54,735 nucleotides of DNA from Candidatus Nanopelagicales bacterium (GTDB taxonomy: Bacteria > Actinomycetota > Actinomycetes > S36-B12). Shown here in pieces: positions 1-12,646 of this stretch. The number at the start of each line of letters is the position of its first letter. Positions within the stretch are counted from its first letter, which is position 1. The position numbers and the translations under genes were made by a program. The notes below the pieces were generated by a model. It made no database searches. It was not told the origin of the DNA and worked only from the letters and a program-made list of their open reading frames with translations. The stretch spans positions 1-54,735 of the forward strand of contig JBDNFH010000055.1 of NCBI GenBank assembly GCA_041689915.1, in the 5' to 3' direction.

Positions 1-196
1 CACGTAACGCTGTAAACCCCGGATCCGTTTCGTTCTCGACCCAGTACGCCCGTAACCATTCGACAAGCCGGTTCCACTGCAACGCCGCCTCATGAGAGCC
101 GTCATGGGCCTGCTGATGCGCGGCACGGTCAAGCCACACCCCAACCATTGCGGTGCGGTTAACACCCACACGCGGAAGCTGCCCTTCACGTTTCAT
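1..196 (-). CDS. 5' part of a hypothetical protein running off the window edge (possibly DUF222/HNH-type)
   Basis: Open frame from ATG at 196: MKREGQLPRVGVNRTAMVGVWLDRAAHQQAHDGSHEAALQWNRLVEWLRAYWVENETDPGFTALR... Preceded by a TGTCAG-N10-GATAAT promoter-like motif. The family guess rests on the promoter type only. Confidence 0.5.
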   Translation of the reverse strand, partial: MKREGQLPRVGVNRTAMVGVWLDRAAHQQAHDGSHEAALQWNRLVEWLRAYWVENETDPGFTALR

Positions 197-202
197 ATGA
201 AA

Positions 203-224
203 ATTATCCCCCACGCCACTGACA
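203..224 (-). promoter_or_regulatory. PafBC/RecA-NDp-like DNA-damage promoter, leaderless
   Basis: Minus strand reads TGTCAGtggcgtggggGATAAT, then 6 nt, then ATG. Resembles the mycobacterial TGTCRG-N10-TANNNT motif. Confidence 0.5.
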
Positions 225-420
225 TTGGTGGACGGCTTGGACGGAAAAACCGGGAGGCAACGGGGCGAAATTCATCCCCGTTACCTTGTTTATATCCCCG
301 GATGGTGTGAGTATTTGAGGACGTTGGCCCGTCGGGTCCGGCATGATTATTATCCCCAGTCATTCATGATCTTTGGGGAGTGTGGCCGGAATGAAGAAGC
401 AAAAGTCCGGTTGACCATGG

Positions 421-696
421 GTGACCAAAGCCGGGAAGGTTATTACCGGGAGCCGCGCCGAATCTATGGCAATCGAGGTTGGAAAAACGGATTATATGGT
501 GAAAAGCGGCGACGTGATTTATATCAGACCGGTTGGCCGGCCACCGCTAGGAATCGATGGAACTTCCCCGCAAATTACTTTTCGAGTTCCAACCGAGATG
601 CGAAAAAAAGCTGAGAAACTGGCCAAGAGTGAGGGTGTCAGCGTCTCCGCGCTGGCCCGGCAAGCACTGGAAGAGTTCATCTCGCGAGCCGGCTAA
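421..696 (+). CDS. Ribbon-helix-helix (CopG-like) protein, probable orphan antitoxin
   Basis: GRPPLG...SPQITFRVPTEMRKKAEKLAKSEGVSVSALARQALEEFI is an RHH pattern. The in-frame upstream ATG at 391 is blocked by TGA at 412-414. Confidence 0.7.
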   Translation: MTKAGKVITGSRAESMAIEVGKTDYMVKSGDVIYIRPVGRPPLGIDGTSPQITFRVPTEMRKKAEKLAKSEGVSVSALARQALEEFISRAG

Positions 697-705
697 GGTT
701 GCGTC

Positions 706-2529
706 GTGCCAAAACAGACGCAGGAGCCCAGTCCGAAGGCCCCCTCACTGGCGCTCTACCGCACCTATCGCCCGGCAACTTTAAGTGAAGTCGTTGGACA
801 AGATCACGTCACAGGACCCTTGCGCAGGGCTCTGGAAAACAACCGCGTGCACCATGCATATTTACTTTCTGGACCTCGGGGTTGCGGTAAGACTTCGACC
901 GCCCGCATTCTTGCTCGATCCCTTAATTGTGAGCAGGGACCAACACCGGATCCATGTGGTGAGTGTGAAAGCTGCATTGATTTGTCCGCGATGGGTCCAG
1001 GTTCAATCGACGTCATTGAACTAGATGCTGCCAGCCACGGTGGTGTTGACGACACTCGTGATTTGCGCGAACGTGCCATGTTCGGTCCGGCAAAGTCGCG
1101 CTACAAGGTGTACATAATCGACGAAGCGCACATGATTTCACCAGCGGGATTCAATGCATTGCTGAAGTTAGTTGAAGAGCCACCCGAGCACGTTCGTTTT
1201 ATTTTTGCAACGACCGAACCCGACAAAGTGTTGCCGACTATCCGTTCGCGAACCCACAACTATGGGTTTCGACTTGTTCCTATCAAGATCCTGCAAGAAC
1301 ATTTGGCGAAGGTCTGTGCAAGTGAAGCAATCCCGGCCGATCCTGCGGCGCTTGTACTGATTGGTCGTGCAGGTGCTGGCAGCGTGCGCGACTCACTGTC
1401 AATCCTGGGTCAGGTAATTTCTGGTTGCGGACCGGAAGGTGTCACATACCTTGAAGCGGTCCTGCAATTAGGCATGACGGATTCAGCATTGCTTGATGAA
1501 ACCGTGAATGCACTAATAGATCGTGACGGCGCAGCATTATTTAACGCGGTTGACCGAGTTATTGAATCCGGAAACGAACCCAGACGCTTTGTTACTGACC
1601 TACTCGAACGCATCCGTGACCTTATTGTTTTGCAACGAATTCCAGGTGCTGCCGAGAGTGGTTTGATTCATGCACCAGAGGAAGTAATCGCAATCGAAGT
1701 GGATCAAGCATCTCGTATTGGGGCAGCGGAGTTGGCACGTGCCGGTGACCTTGTTAACCGTGCGTTAAGTGAGATTAAGGGAGCAACCGCGCCCCGACTT
1801 CAACTTGAACTACTCATGGCAAAACTGCTACTCCCAGCAACGGATGATTCAACAGACGGGCTTCGCGTCCGACTTGAGCAACTTGAACGCTCCGGAGTCG
1901 TGAGTCACCAATTGACGAGTGCGGCTGCACCACAAGTTGCGGCTGCACCACAAGTTGCGGCTGCACCCGCTGCTCTTGCAGCCCCGCCGAGTAAGCCTGT
2001 TTCCGCGGCTCCGCCTGCAACAAAAGTTCCAGCCCCACCTAAGAAGCCTGGAAAGTCCGTGGCAACCAAGGCGGAAGAGAGTGCTCCGGCACAGGATGCA
2101 GCGCAAGCTCCTGTCGCTAATCCTGGCAAAACAACCGTTGCGTCCTTCACATCAATGTGGCCGGCGGTCATGGATGCGTTATTGAAATATTCCAGGGTAG
2201 CTTGGATGGGATTCACCGAGTCAACGCCGTTGTCATTTGAGAACGGTGTGCTCGCGGTAGGTGTTAAAGACTCAGGCCGTTACAACAACGTGAAATCAGG
2301 TGGACACGAAGAACGTCTGCGTCAGGCGATCCTTGACGTTTTGCAGGTGGACACGAAAATTGACGTTGTCCTGGGCACCATGGGTGTAGTCGGTGGTGCG
2401 CGGTCGTCACCACCTGAAGAGGAAGACACTCCCAGCATGGATGACTCCGCCTCAGAGGAAGTAACGGGCGTTGACCTGATTGCTAAAGAACTGGGTGGCG
2501 TGTCCATCGGTGAGATTGAGAACGGTTAA
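706..2529 (+). CDS. dnaX: DNA polymerase III subunit gamma/tau
   Basis: LYRTYRP, Walker A GPRGCGKT, Cys4 zinc site, IIDEAHM, Ala/Pro-rich linker; directly upstream of recR. Confidence 0.97.
   Translation: MPKQTQEPSPKAPSLALYRTYRPATLSEVVGQDHVTGPLRRALENNRVHHAYLLSGPRGCGKTSTARILARSLNCEQGPTPDPCGECESCIDLSAMGPGSIDVIELDAASHGGVDDTRDLRERAMFGPAKSRYKVYIIDEAHMISPAGFNALLKLVEEPPEHVRFIFATTEPDKVLPTIRSRTHNYGFRLVPIKILQEHLAKVCASEAIPADPAALVLIGRAGAGSVRDSLSILGQVISGCGPEGVTYLEAVLQLGMTDSALLDETVNALIDRDGAALFNAVDRVIESGNEPRRFVTDLLERIRDLIVLQRIPGAAESGLIHAPEEVIAIEVDQASRIGAAELARAGDLVNRALSEIKGATAPRLQLELLMAKLLLPATDDSTDGLRVRLEQLERSGVVSHQLTSAAAPQVAAAPQVAAAPAALAAPPSKPVSAAPPATKVPAPPKKPGKSVATKAEESAPAQDAAQAPVANPGKTTVASFTSMWPAVMDALLKYSRVAWMGFTESTPLSFENGVLAVGVKDSGRYNNVKSGGHEERLRQAILDVLQVDTKIDVVLGTMGVVGGARSSPPEEEDTPSMDDSASEEVTGVDLIAKELGGVSIGEIENG
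1921..1967 (+). repeat. 18-bp in-frame tandem repeat (GCGGCTGCACCACAAGTT x2.6) encoding AAAPQV in the DnaX linker
   Basis: Read directly from the sequence. Confidence 0.9.
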
Positions 2530-2534
2530 TTCAT

Positions 2535-3134
2535 ATGTATGAAGGCATTGTTCAAGACTTAATTGACGAATTAGGGCGTTTACCCGGTGTCGGACCTAAA
2601 AGCGCGCAACGTATCGCATTTCATATTCTCGCTGAAGATTCAGAGGATGTAAAACGTCTTGCTGAAGTTCTCCTTGAAGTAAAGGAAAAAGTTAAGTTCT
2701 GTGAGATTTGCGGGAATGTCGCCCAGGCCGCGCAGTGTCGAATTTGTATTGACCCTAAGCGTGATTCGACTGTGATTTGCGTTGTGGAAGAACCCAAGGA
2801 CGTCGTGGCGATTGAGAAGACCCGGGAGTTTCGTGGCCGCTACCACATTCTGGGTGGCTCGATTAACCCAATTGATGGCATTGGCCCTGACGATCTTCGG
2901 ATTCGCGAGCTCATGCCTCGACTGGCCGACGGCAGCGTGACCGAGGTCATCCTGGCAACCGACCCCAACCTAGAGGGCGAAGCGACGGCGACCTACCTCT
3001 CACGGATGCTGCTTCCCTTGGGATTGACCGTCTCACGGCTGGCAAGCGGCCTTCCCGTTGGCGGCGATTTGGAATACGCGGACGAAATTACTTTGGGCAG
3101 GGCATTCGCTGGTCGGCGCCAGGTTGGGTCTTAG
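2535..3134 (+). CDS. recR: Recombination mediator RecR
   Basis: Hh[13 protein letters not shown]4 zinc finger, Toprim [20 protein letters not shown]. Confidence 0.97.
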   Translation: MYEGIVQDLIDELGRLPGVGPKSAQRIAFHILAEDSEDVKRLAEVLLEVKEKVKFCEICGNVAQAAQCRICIDPKRDSTVICVVEEPKDVVAIEKTREFRGRYHILGGSINPIDGIGPDDLRIRELMPRLADGSVTEVILATDPNLEGEATATYLSRMLLPLGLTVSRLASGLPVGGDLEYADEITLGRAFAGRRQVGS

Positions 3135-3943
3135 TTTTCACCCCGTGGGGTCCAACGGAAAAAGAGTGTTGCAAGTAGAGCGCCGAGAATAATCCAGATG
3201 ACAAGAACGACCGCAGTAATACCGAGTTCCCATGAGCCGTTGACTTCCATCGCTGCTGCGGAGTCTGGCAAAAATACGCTGCGCATTGCTTGGGTGAGCC
3301 ACTTCAGTGGGAATAGTGATGCAAATGTCTGCATCCACTGCGGCAGGTCACGAAATACGAAGAACACGCCTGAAGTGAATTGCAGGACGAGTACTACGGG
3401 GGTAACTAATGCGGCCGCACCGCGCCCTTGCTTGGGCACAACCGAGTACGCAATTCCGAGCAAAGTAAAGGCAATAAGGCCCAGGACGCTGACCCAAATG
3501 AAGGTGAAGATTGCCAACGGTGTTGTGGGAATATTGATCCCAAAAAAGAGAACGCCAACGGCAATCAGAATGGTGACTTGAGCAACGTAGGCCACAAAGA
3601 CCATACCAATTTTGCCAATAAAGAATGCAGCGGGCGGCATTGGCGTTCCTTGGAGGCGCTTGAGGGTTCCATCCTCGCGCTCCATGGGAATCGAAATAGC
3701 TAGATTCTGAAATGAGGTGTAGAGAATGCCGGAGGCAATCATGCCGGCAACAAAGTATTGTGAAAACGTAACGCCAGAATCACCCAGATCTTGCCCACTA
3801 AATACTGACCCAAAGATCACCAGAAGAATCATGGGCAGTAGGAAATTAAATACTGCCGACTCCCGGTCTCTAAAGAATTGCTTGAGTTCAATCCCGACTC
3901 TGCCCAGGCCCATCGCAACACTGCTCAGGAGAGTTGAGTTCAT
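3131..3943 (-). CDS. ABC-2 type exporter permease
   Basis: Six hydrophobic segments, [14 protein letters not shown] motif, overlaps its ATPase partner. Confidence 0.9.
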   Translation of the reverse strand: MNSTLLSSVAMGLGRVGIELKQFFRDRESAVFNFLLPMILLVIFGSVFSGQDLGDSGVTFSQYFVAGMIASGILYTSFQNLAISIPMEREDGTLKRLQGTPMPPAAFFIGKIGMVFVAYVAQVTILIAVGVLFFGINIPTTPLAIFTFIWVSVLGLIAFTLLGIAYSVVPKQGRGAAALVTPVVLVLQFTSGVFFVFRDLPQWMQTFASLFPLKWLTQAMRSVFLPDSAAAMEVNGSWELGITAVVLVIWIILGALLATLFFRWTPRGEN

Positions 3944-4806
3944 GACTGCTCACCACTGTTGGTGTCTCGGTCCTGGGCGATCAAGTCAAGATATGCATCT
4001 TCCAAACTAGCGCGGCGAACCGAGAGGTTCGGAATCTCTCCATCAAATTTGAGCGCTAGTTGCGCAACGAATGCTGTGGGCTCGGTAGTGGATTCACTCA
4101 TCTCACGCTTACCCTCGAGCCAGGTCACGATTGCATCACCCCGATGACCGATTGAGTCAGGTGGCCCTTGCGCAACTATCTGGCCACGGGCGATTACCGC
4201 GACTCGATCGGCGAGGTATTGAGCCTCGTCCAGATAGTGAGTCGTGAGCAGAATCGTGGTGCCTTCGGACTTGAGCCGCTCAATGAGCACCCAGAACTCT
4301 CGGCGCGCTTCCGGATCGAAGCCCGTGGTGGGTTCATCGAGGAAAAGCACCTCGGGGTTACCAATTATTCCCAGGGCAACATCAAGTCTGCGTCGTTGTC
4401 CGCCACTGAGTTTGCCATTGCGTGCACTTGCTTTCTCGCTCAATCCGACTGCAGCAATGACTTGCTCCGGATCGGCTGGATGGGGGTAATAACGGGCAAA
4501 ATGGGTGATCGTTTCATGCACCGTGAGGTCTGCCAAGTCACTGGCGTTTTGCAGAACGATCCCAAGTTTCGCCCTCCAGACAACGGTTGGCTTTCCGGGG
4601 TCCACGCCGAGCACTTCAGCCTCGCCGCCGTCGCGTTTGCGGTAACCCTCGAGGATTTCGGTCAGTGTTGTTTTACCGGCACCGTTGGGGCCAAGAATGG
4701 CAACGCACTCGCCGGCATCGGCGTGAATGGAAACACCCGCGAGCGCGGTGAATTCTCCATAGTTCTTTGTCACCCGGTGTGCGTCAATCACGCGTGTGCT
4801 GCCCAT
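3940..4806 (-). CDS. ABC exporter ATP-binding protein
   Basis: GPNGAGKT, LSGGQ, FLDEPT, TTHYL. Confidence 0.93.
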   Translation of the reverse strand: MGSTRVIDAHRVTKNYGEFTALAGVSIHADAGECVAILGPNGAGKTTLTEILEGYRKRDGGEAEVLGVDPGKPTVVWRAKLGIVLQNASDLADLTVHETITHFARYYPHPADPEQVIAAVGLSEKASARNGKLSGGQRRRLDVALGIIGNPEVLFLDEPTTGFDPEARREFWVLIERLKSEGTTILLTTHYLDEAQYLADRVAVIARGQIVAQGPPDSIGHRGDAIVTWLEGKREMSESTTEPTAFVAQLALKFDGEIPNLSVRRASLEDAYLDLIAQDRDTNSGEQS

Positions 4807-4902
4807 TTGCTCCCTTTGTCGTAGGAATCTCAGCCTAGACGAGGTAAGTCGTGGATTGGTGCTCTTTATAAACGATACCTGCTCGGACTAAACTTACCTC
4901 TC

Positions 4903-7990
<3,088 letters not shown>

Positions 7991-8012
7991 CCCAGTATCT
8001 TCGCATCCCCTG

Positions 8013-8435
8013 TTAGCAGCATCCCTCAGCTAGTCTCTGGCTCATGCCGTCGGAGTTGTCATCGGTAATAGTGTAAAACTCCCAGGGCGTTCCTGAAGGG
8101 TCATGGACCCACACTTTGTCTTGCTTCGCGTGGCAGCATTGGACATCCATTTGTTCCTCAACAACGAGCCCTTCAGTGTGCAGGTGTGCAATTATTTCTT
8201 GAACTTCATTGGTGCTGGGTACTTCTACTCCAAGGTGATTCAGGGCGCCGCGCGACCCGGTTCCCCGTGCAGAGTCAGTGGTTTCGATCAGCACCAGTTT
8301 TAATGGCGGATTATCAATTTGGAAGTTGGCGTAGCCGGAACGGATCTTGTGTGGCTCAGCCTTAAACATCTGCGAATAAAAATCGATGGACTCAGCCAAG
8401 TTTGAAACATTTAGAGCCAACTGAACTCTGGACAT
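8013..8435 (-). CDS. ArsI/CadI family VOC metalloenzyme
   Basis: MSRVQLALNV, LNHLGVEV, CCHAKQDKVWV, PWEFY, terminal CC. Confidence 0.88.
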   Translation of the reverse strand: MSRVQLALNVSNLAESIDFYSQMFKAEPHKIRSGYANFQIDNPPLKLVLIETTDSARGTGSRGALNHLGVEVPSTNEVQEIIAHLHTEGLVVEEQMDVQCCHAKQDKVWVHDPSGTPWEFYTITDDNSDGMSQRLAEGCC

Positions 8436-8454
8436 AATTCACGCCTTTCAGTAG

Positions 8455-8507
8455 ATTGATAACTATCAATATACAAGTTATAGTTCATATTGATGTTTGT
8501 CAATATG
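8455..8507. promoter_or_regulatory. Two ArsR-type operator palindromes
   Basis: ATTGATA-ac-TATCAAT (8455-8470) and CATATTGA-N6-TCAATATG (8486-8507) between the divergent cadI/arsI-like gene and arsR. Confidence 0.75.
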
Positions 8508-8526
8508 CGGCTGGAACGGGAAATGA

Positions 8527-8886
8527 GTGCAGGTGACGAAAAGCTCAACTAGAGAATCAGGATTAGGACTGCCGGAGGTCAGTGACTGTTGTTCACAAGG
8601 GCTGCGATCTTCAATGGGGAGGTCGGAAGCGGACTTATTGGCTCCAATATTGAAAGCCGTTGCGCATCCGGCCAGGCTGCAATTGTTGTCAATAATTGCG
8701 CTTAATGGTGAAGCGTGTGCGTGTGATCTCACTGCGCCGGTCGGCTTAAGCCAACCGACGGTGAGTCATCACTTGAAAATCCTGACCGAAGCCGAGTTGA
8801 TTTTCAGAGAGCAACGAGGTCAATGGGCGTGGTTTCGGGTTAACAATAAAAGAATGAAAGACATCAGCAAACTGTTCAAAGTCTGA
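8527..8886 (+). CDS. ArsR/SmtB family metalloregulator
   Basis: LKAVAHPARL, EACACDL metal box, LSQPTVSHHLKIL HTH. Exact start uncertain. Confidence 0.9.
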   Translation: MQVTKSSTRESGLGLPEVSDCCSQGLRSSMGRSEADLLAPILKAVAHPARLQLLSIIALNGEACACDLTAPVGLSQPTVSHHLKILTEAELIFREQRGQWAWFRVNNKRMKDISKLFKV

Positions 8887-8932
8887 AACTATCGAGTTCC
8901 CCTAATTGAGGATGAGAGGCCATGGCGCAATT

Positions 8933-8946
8933 TGTCGGGGTGGCGG
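8933..8946. repeat. 14-bp direct repeat of the tRNA-Pro 3' end (att-like)
   Basis: TGTCGGGGTGGCGG is identical to 9675-9688. Confidence 0.75.
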
Positions 8947-9110
8947 CAGTTACCGCCCAGGCTTGATAGGAAAACTTCAACTCGTGGCCGAGTTATCCAC
9001 ACACCCAGTCCGCAAGTGCCAGTACAACCACAACCCTTGCCACAGGGATCGCAATTTAGTCTGGGGAAACTTATGATTAAAGGTATATTTCTTATACAGA
9101 AAGTGTGTTA

Positions 9111-9389
9111 ATGTTGCAGTTGAGGTTCGTATTCGACGAATTCAAATCGTCAGAGAATCTGCGCAAACATGGAATTGATTTCTTTGAGGCGCAGAAATTG
9201 TGGCTTGACTCCGATCGAGTCGAAATCGAGGCTCGCTACGTGGGGGAAATCAGGCTCATGGTGATTGGACGGATCGATGGTCGCCACTGGGCAGCGGTAG
9301 TAACGCCGAGGGGCGAACTGATTCGCATGATCTCTGTGCGACGGGCCAGAGTGAGGGAGGTTGAACTTTATGACGGGCGAAGAGTTTGA
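9111..9389 (+). CDS. brnT: BrnT family toxin
   Basis: FVFDEFKSSENLRKHGIDF...IRMISVRRAR signature. Start could be 9105, 9111 or 9120. Confidence 0.88.
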   Translation: MLQLRFVFDEFKSSENLRKHGIDFFEAQKLWLDSDRVEIEARYVGEIRLMVIGRIDGRHWAAVVTPRGELIRMISVRRARVREVELYDGRRV

Positions 9390-9636
9390 CAAGATTTTCG
9401 ACGACAACCAAGAAGACGTCATCCCCTACCTCGATCTGACTTCGGCTCGACGACCCGGCCGAGACGTTCGCCGAGTCAATGTTGATTTTCCGGTCTGGAT
9501 GATTGAATCACTCGACCGAGAAGCCACCCGAATAGGTGTCCCCAGACAAGCAATCATCAAGCTGTGGATTGCGCAACGTTTGGATCACACCGGAATACCA
9601 AGTAAATCTCTCAAGGACAACAACGACCGAATCTAA
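9370..9636 (+). CDS. brnA: BrnA/CopG-like antitoxin
   Basis: [42 protein letters not shown]; GGGAGG SD; overlaps the toxin gene. Confidence 0.85.
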   Translation: MTGEEFDKIFDDNQEDVIPYLDLTSARRPGRDVRRVNVDFPVWMIESLDREATRIGVPRQAIIKLWIAQRLDHTGIPSKSLKDNNDRI

Positions 9637-9676
9637 TGGTTCGGTCCTTGCCGTACGTCCTGAGAAATTTAATGTG

Positions 9677-9750
<74 letters not shown>

Positions 9751-10131
9751 TGGCAACCCCGCAAAGTCTAGCCCGCAGGACCCTTCTGTTGCGGTTTCGC
9801 CCTAGAGACGTGAAGAAAAAGCGAAAAAAAGTGCAAGGAAAATAGGCATGGTTACAGATTATTGGTTACGTGCCAATCACTATCGCCGGTGTTGGGAGTG
9901 CCCCTTGTTTGGTTGGCATCACCGGCGGCTCCACGTTTTTGGCTTGCCGTGGGCAAAGTGCGCCTAGTTTTGCGTGCATTCTTAATGATGCTCCATGTCA
10001 CGCAGTGAAACTAGGCGCCCGGAAACTAACGGGCACTTGGCCTGAGTGTTGTGAGCCCTTGACCATGCGATTTGGTTACTGAATTTTCTTTTAATAATTA
10101 AAAGTTCATCCATATTAAGAGGGGCAATAAA

Positions 10132-10311
10132 ATGGATTATTTGTTCGTAATCGATCGAGTTTCAGATTACCCAACATGGCGCAAAGTGTTCGACGCAGAT
10201 GGAGACGAGCATCAAAAGTTTGCCTCGTCCTTGGTTGCAGGCCCCAACGGAGATGGTGGGAGCGACGGCGCCCCCCGTATTACAAAACCCTTAGCCGGGG
10301 GCATCACTTAG
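10132..10311 (+). pseudogene. Truncated small 'cyclase'/dimeric alpha-beta barrel-like gene fragment (59 aa)
   Basis: AGAGGGG SD then MDYLFVIDRVSDYPTWRKVFDADGDEHQKF, resembling the 'V.DY..W+..FD' N-terminus; the rest looks unrelated. Confidence 0.4.
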
Positions 10312-10354
10312 CCACTTTTGTCGCCTGCTTGGTCACTCGTCAGTACACTGAAAC

Positions 10355-11455
10355 ATGGTCTTGTTTAGGGCTACAGTTATTGCCGCGATATTTGCGCTGG
10401 TGAGCACGTCTGTTCCTCTTCCTAGCGCAGCGACGTCAGGCACTCGAGTTCCGACGAAGGTGAGCCCGCCCTCTCAGCAATACGTAATGGCATTTCATGG
10501 CTGCAAGACGGGTTCGGGGGACTGTAATAATCCGTCGAGTCACGAAGTCTATTTGGCGCAGAGCAACGACGGTGCTTCATGGAGTTTGGTTCCAGGGTGG
10601 GAGCCGCGAGATGGCTCAGTCCCAGACGTGTTGAGGCGCGGAGACACGCTTTATGTGATTTCAACCGGTGGGGTGAGTCGACTCAATATGCAAACAGGGG
10701 ACGTAACTCACGAACAGGTCTCAATAGAGGGTGGAGAAAATTACGTCGACCCTTCCCTAGCCCAATTACCAGATGGTCGGCTGGTGATGTTCTACCTTCC
10801 CGGAATCATGGGTCAAGATCCAGCTGCGTGCGCCCCCGGAGAGGGATCGTGTACTAGGCAAATCAAGTCGGCGGTTGAAGTCCCGGGAAGCAACGGAACG
10901 GTGTTCCGCGCAGATTCTGGAGTGAGGGTTTCCGAGACAATTACGGGAGGGACTTTCAGCGATCCGGATATTTTCTTCAATGGTTCGGAGTGGGTTTTAT
11001 ATGTGTCGCGTGGGCAGTCCATAAATGCCTACACCTCGGCAGACCTGCAGGGCACCTTTAGTTATCGAGGCCCCGTCTCGCAAAACCAAGGCGGAGTTGG
11101 TTCAGGCATGCCGACCTCTCAGGGAGGAGTGCAGACTTTTGCTCATTCATCAACGCGCGATTCCACCGTGATTGTGCGTGGTGAATCTGCAACCGGCACA
11201 ACTCCGATCGCCAACTTCGCAACTGTCATCACAGGTCCATCTATTGGGCTGGGAAATTATGTGGCTAGCCCCGGAGTCGCCTTGAACACTCCGGGTATCA
11301 CCTGTGGGCTTTGTAATGCTTCCTCAGCGCAAACGAGTACGGTCGTCAAGAAGCGGATCAAATGTGCTAAAGGTAGTAAGACTAAATTCGTTACCGGAGT
11401 CAAGCCTAAATGCCCGAAGGGATTCAAGAAGGTGGGCAAGACGGTGAATTTATGA
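10355..11455 (+). CDS. Secreted beta-propeller (glycoside hydrolase-like) protein with C-terminal Lys/Cys module
   Basis: Signal peptide; repeated VPDV/VDPS/SDPDI/ASPG blade motifs; C-terminal IKCAKGSKTKFVTGVKPKCPKGFKK; TACACT-N5-ATG. Confidence 0.65.
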   Translation: MVLFRATVIAAIFALVSTSVPLPSAATSGTRVPTKVSPPSQQYVMAFHGCKTGSGDCNNPSSHEVYLAQSNDGASWSLVPGWEPRDGSVPDVLRRGDTLYVISTGGVSRLNMQTGDVTHEQVSIEGGENYVDPSLAQLPDGRLVMFYLPGIMGQDPAACAPGEGSCTRQIKSAVEVPGSNGTVFRADSGVRVSETITGGTFSDPDIFFNGSEWVLYVSRGQSINAYTSADLQGTFSYRGPVSQNQGGVGSGMPTSQGGVQTFAHSSTRDSTVIVRGESATGTTPIANFATVITGPSIGLGNYVASPGVALNTPGITCGLCNASSAQTSTVVKKRIKCAKGSKTKFVTGVKPKCPKGFKKVGKTVNL

Positions 11456-11503
11456 CAGCATCACGTTCTAGGCAAAACAACTGCATGTGGCACTTGAGCG
11501 TAG

Positions 11504-12568
11504 TTATTTGCGTGGAACGACCGGACCGGTCGACTTTGCGGCTTTGATACCGAACTCACCGCCACCAAGGTCGGCACCGTAATACATCAGCCATGACTTC
11601 TTGTTTAGCCGAACAATATCCGGATCCCCGCCCCCTTGGATTACTGACTTCTCACCTTTGAAGGAAATACCATTCGTGCTGGTCGAAACCAGAATCCCGT
11701 AAAAAATACCCCGGTCACCGGTGTAGTACAAAGCGATTCTTCCACGGTCTATTACCGCGAAGGGATGTGAGCCACCGTGAATTAACGGTCCACTTCCTTG
11801 AGTTATGACGGGACCCATCTCCCACGTCAGCATGTCTGAACTTGTCGCAGTTCGCATCACTCGAGTTGTCAGCTCTCCCGGTTTCTCGAGATTGGAGAAG
11901 TAAGCTCGCCACTTACTCTTGTGCCGGATCACGGTAATGCCACCGGGCTCAAAGCCGGCCTGCTCAGTTGTGATCACGGGGCCTTCAACGGTGAAAGTAG
12001 CACCATTGTCGGTGGAGATGGCAGCGTTGATGTTGCCACTCGTAAGATAAAACAACCGCATGCGCTCGCCTCCAAGCGAGACCACGCGCGGCTGACCGGC
12101 AGCAACGCCAGATAGCGGAAGTTCTACGTCGGCCACGAAGGATCGGCCCGTCCGTGAAGTGGACGTGGCGCTAAGTGTGCCGGGAAGGGTGTCCGTCGAG
12201 TTAACGAAAGCAAATAACTTGATCCGACCATTTGATAAGCGCACCGCGGACGCGTCCGCAACCTGCTTAGCGGTTGATCCGAATATTGAGTCGCTGAGTA
12301 CCGTGCCGACGGTTCGGAAATTGTTCGCCTTCTTCACGGTGCTAGTCGAAGTGGCGGGTTGCTGAGTTCCAGGAGCTCCGGGTTCGGGCATTGGACCGTC
12401 TAGTACCCACTTGGACTGACGACAGGTCATGGACGTTTCACTGAATGTGGTGACGGATCCGTCAGGCGAACAGGAGTCGCCAGGATTTTGCGCTGCCATT
12501 ACCGGCGACATCGTCATCTGCGCTAGGACCAGACTCGTCGCGACCACAATTTTCGAAAGTGGGTGCAT
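11504..12568 (-). CDS. Secreted beta-propeller (GH43/sialidase-like) protein with N-terminal Cys module
   Basis: Signal peptide; PGDSC...MTCRQSKWV module; ADAS/GQPR/SHPF/GDPDI blades; STDNGATF Asp-box-like motif. Confidence 0.65.
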   Translation of the reverse strand: MHPLSKIVVATSLVLAQMTMSPVMAAQNPGDSCSPDGSVTTFSETSMTCRQSKWVLDGPMPEPGAPGTQQPATSTSTVKKANNFRTVGTVLSDSIFGSTAKQVADASAVRLSNGRIKLFAFVNSTDTLPGTLSATSTSRTGRSFVADVELPLSGVAAGQPRVVSLGGERMRLFYLTSGNINAAISTDNGATFTVEGPVITTEQAGFEPGGITVIRHKSKWRAYFSNLEKPGELTTRVMRTATSSDMLTWEMGPVITQGSGPLIHGGSHPFAVIDRGRIALYYTGDRGIFYGILVSTSTNGISFKGEKSVIQGGGDPDIVRLNKKSWLMYYGADLGGGEFGIKAAKSTGPVVPRK

Positions 12569-12646
12569 GACTAGAAGTTAGCACCATGACCGGTGAGATA
12601 CCACCTAATTAGGTTCTCGGGGCACTGGGCCTGGAATTTGGTGTAC

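Noticed and set aside
225-700. SRP RNA (ffs) expected upstream of dnaX; ORF 225-614
   Set aside because: No SRP helix-8 motif was seen. ORF 225-614 overlaps the better-supported RHH frame and has no recognisable motif.
9866-10082. Short ORFs between tRNA-Pro and 10132
   Set aside because: No SD or leaderless signal, and no recognisable protein features on either strand.
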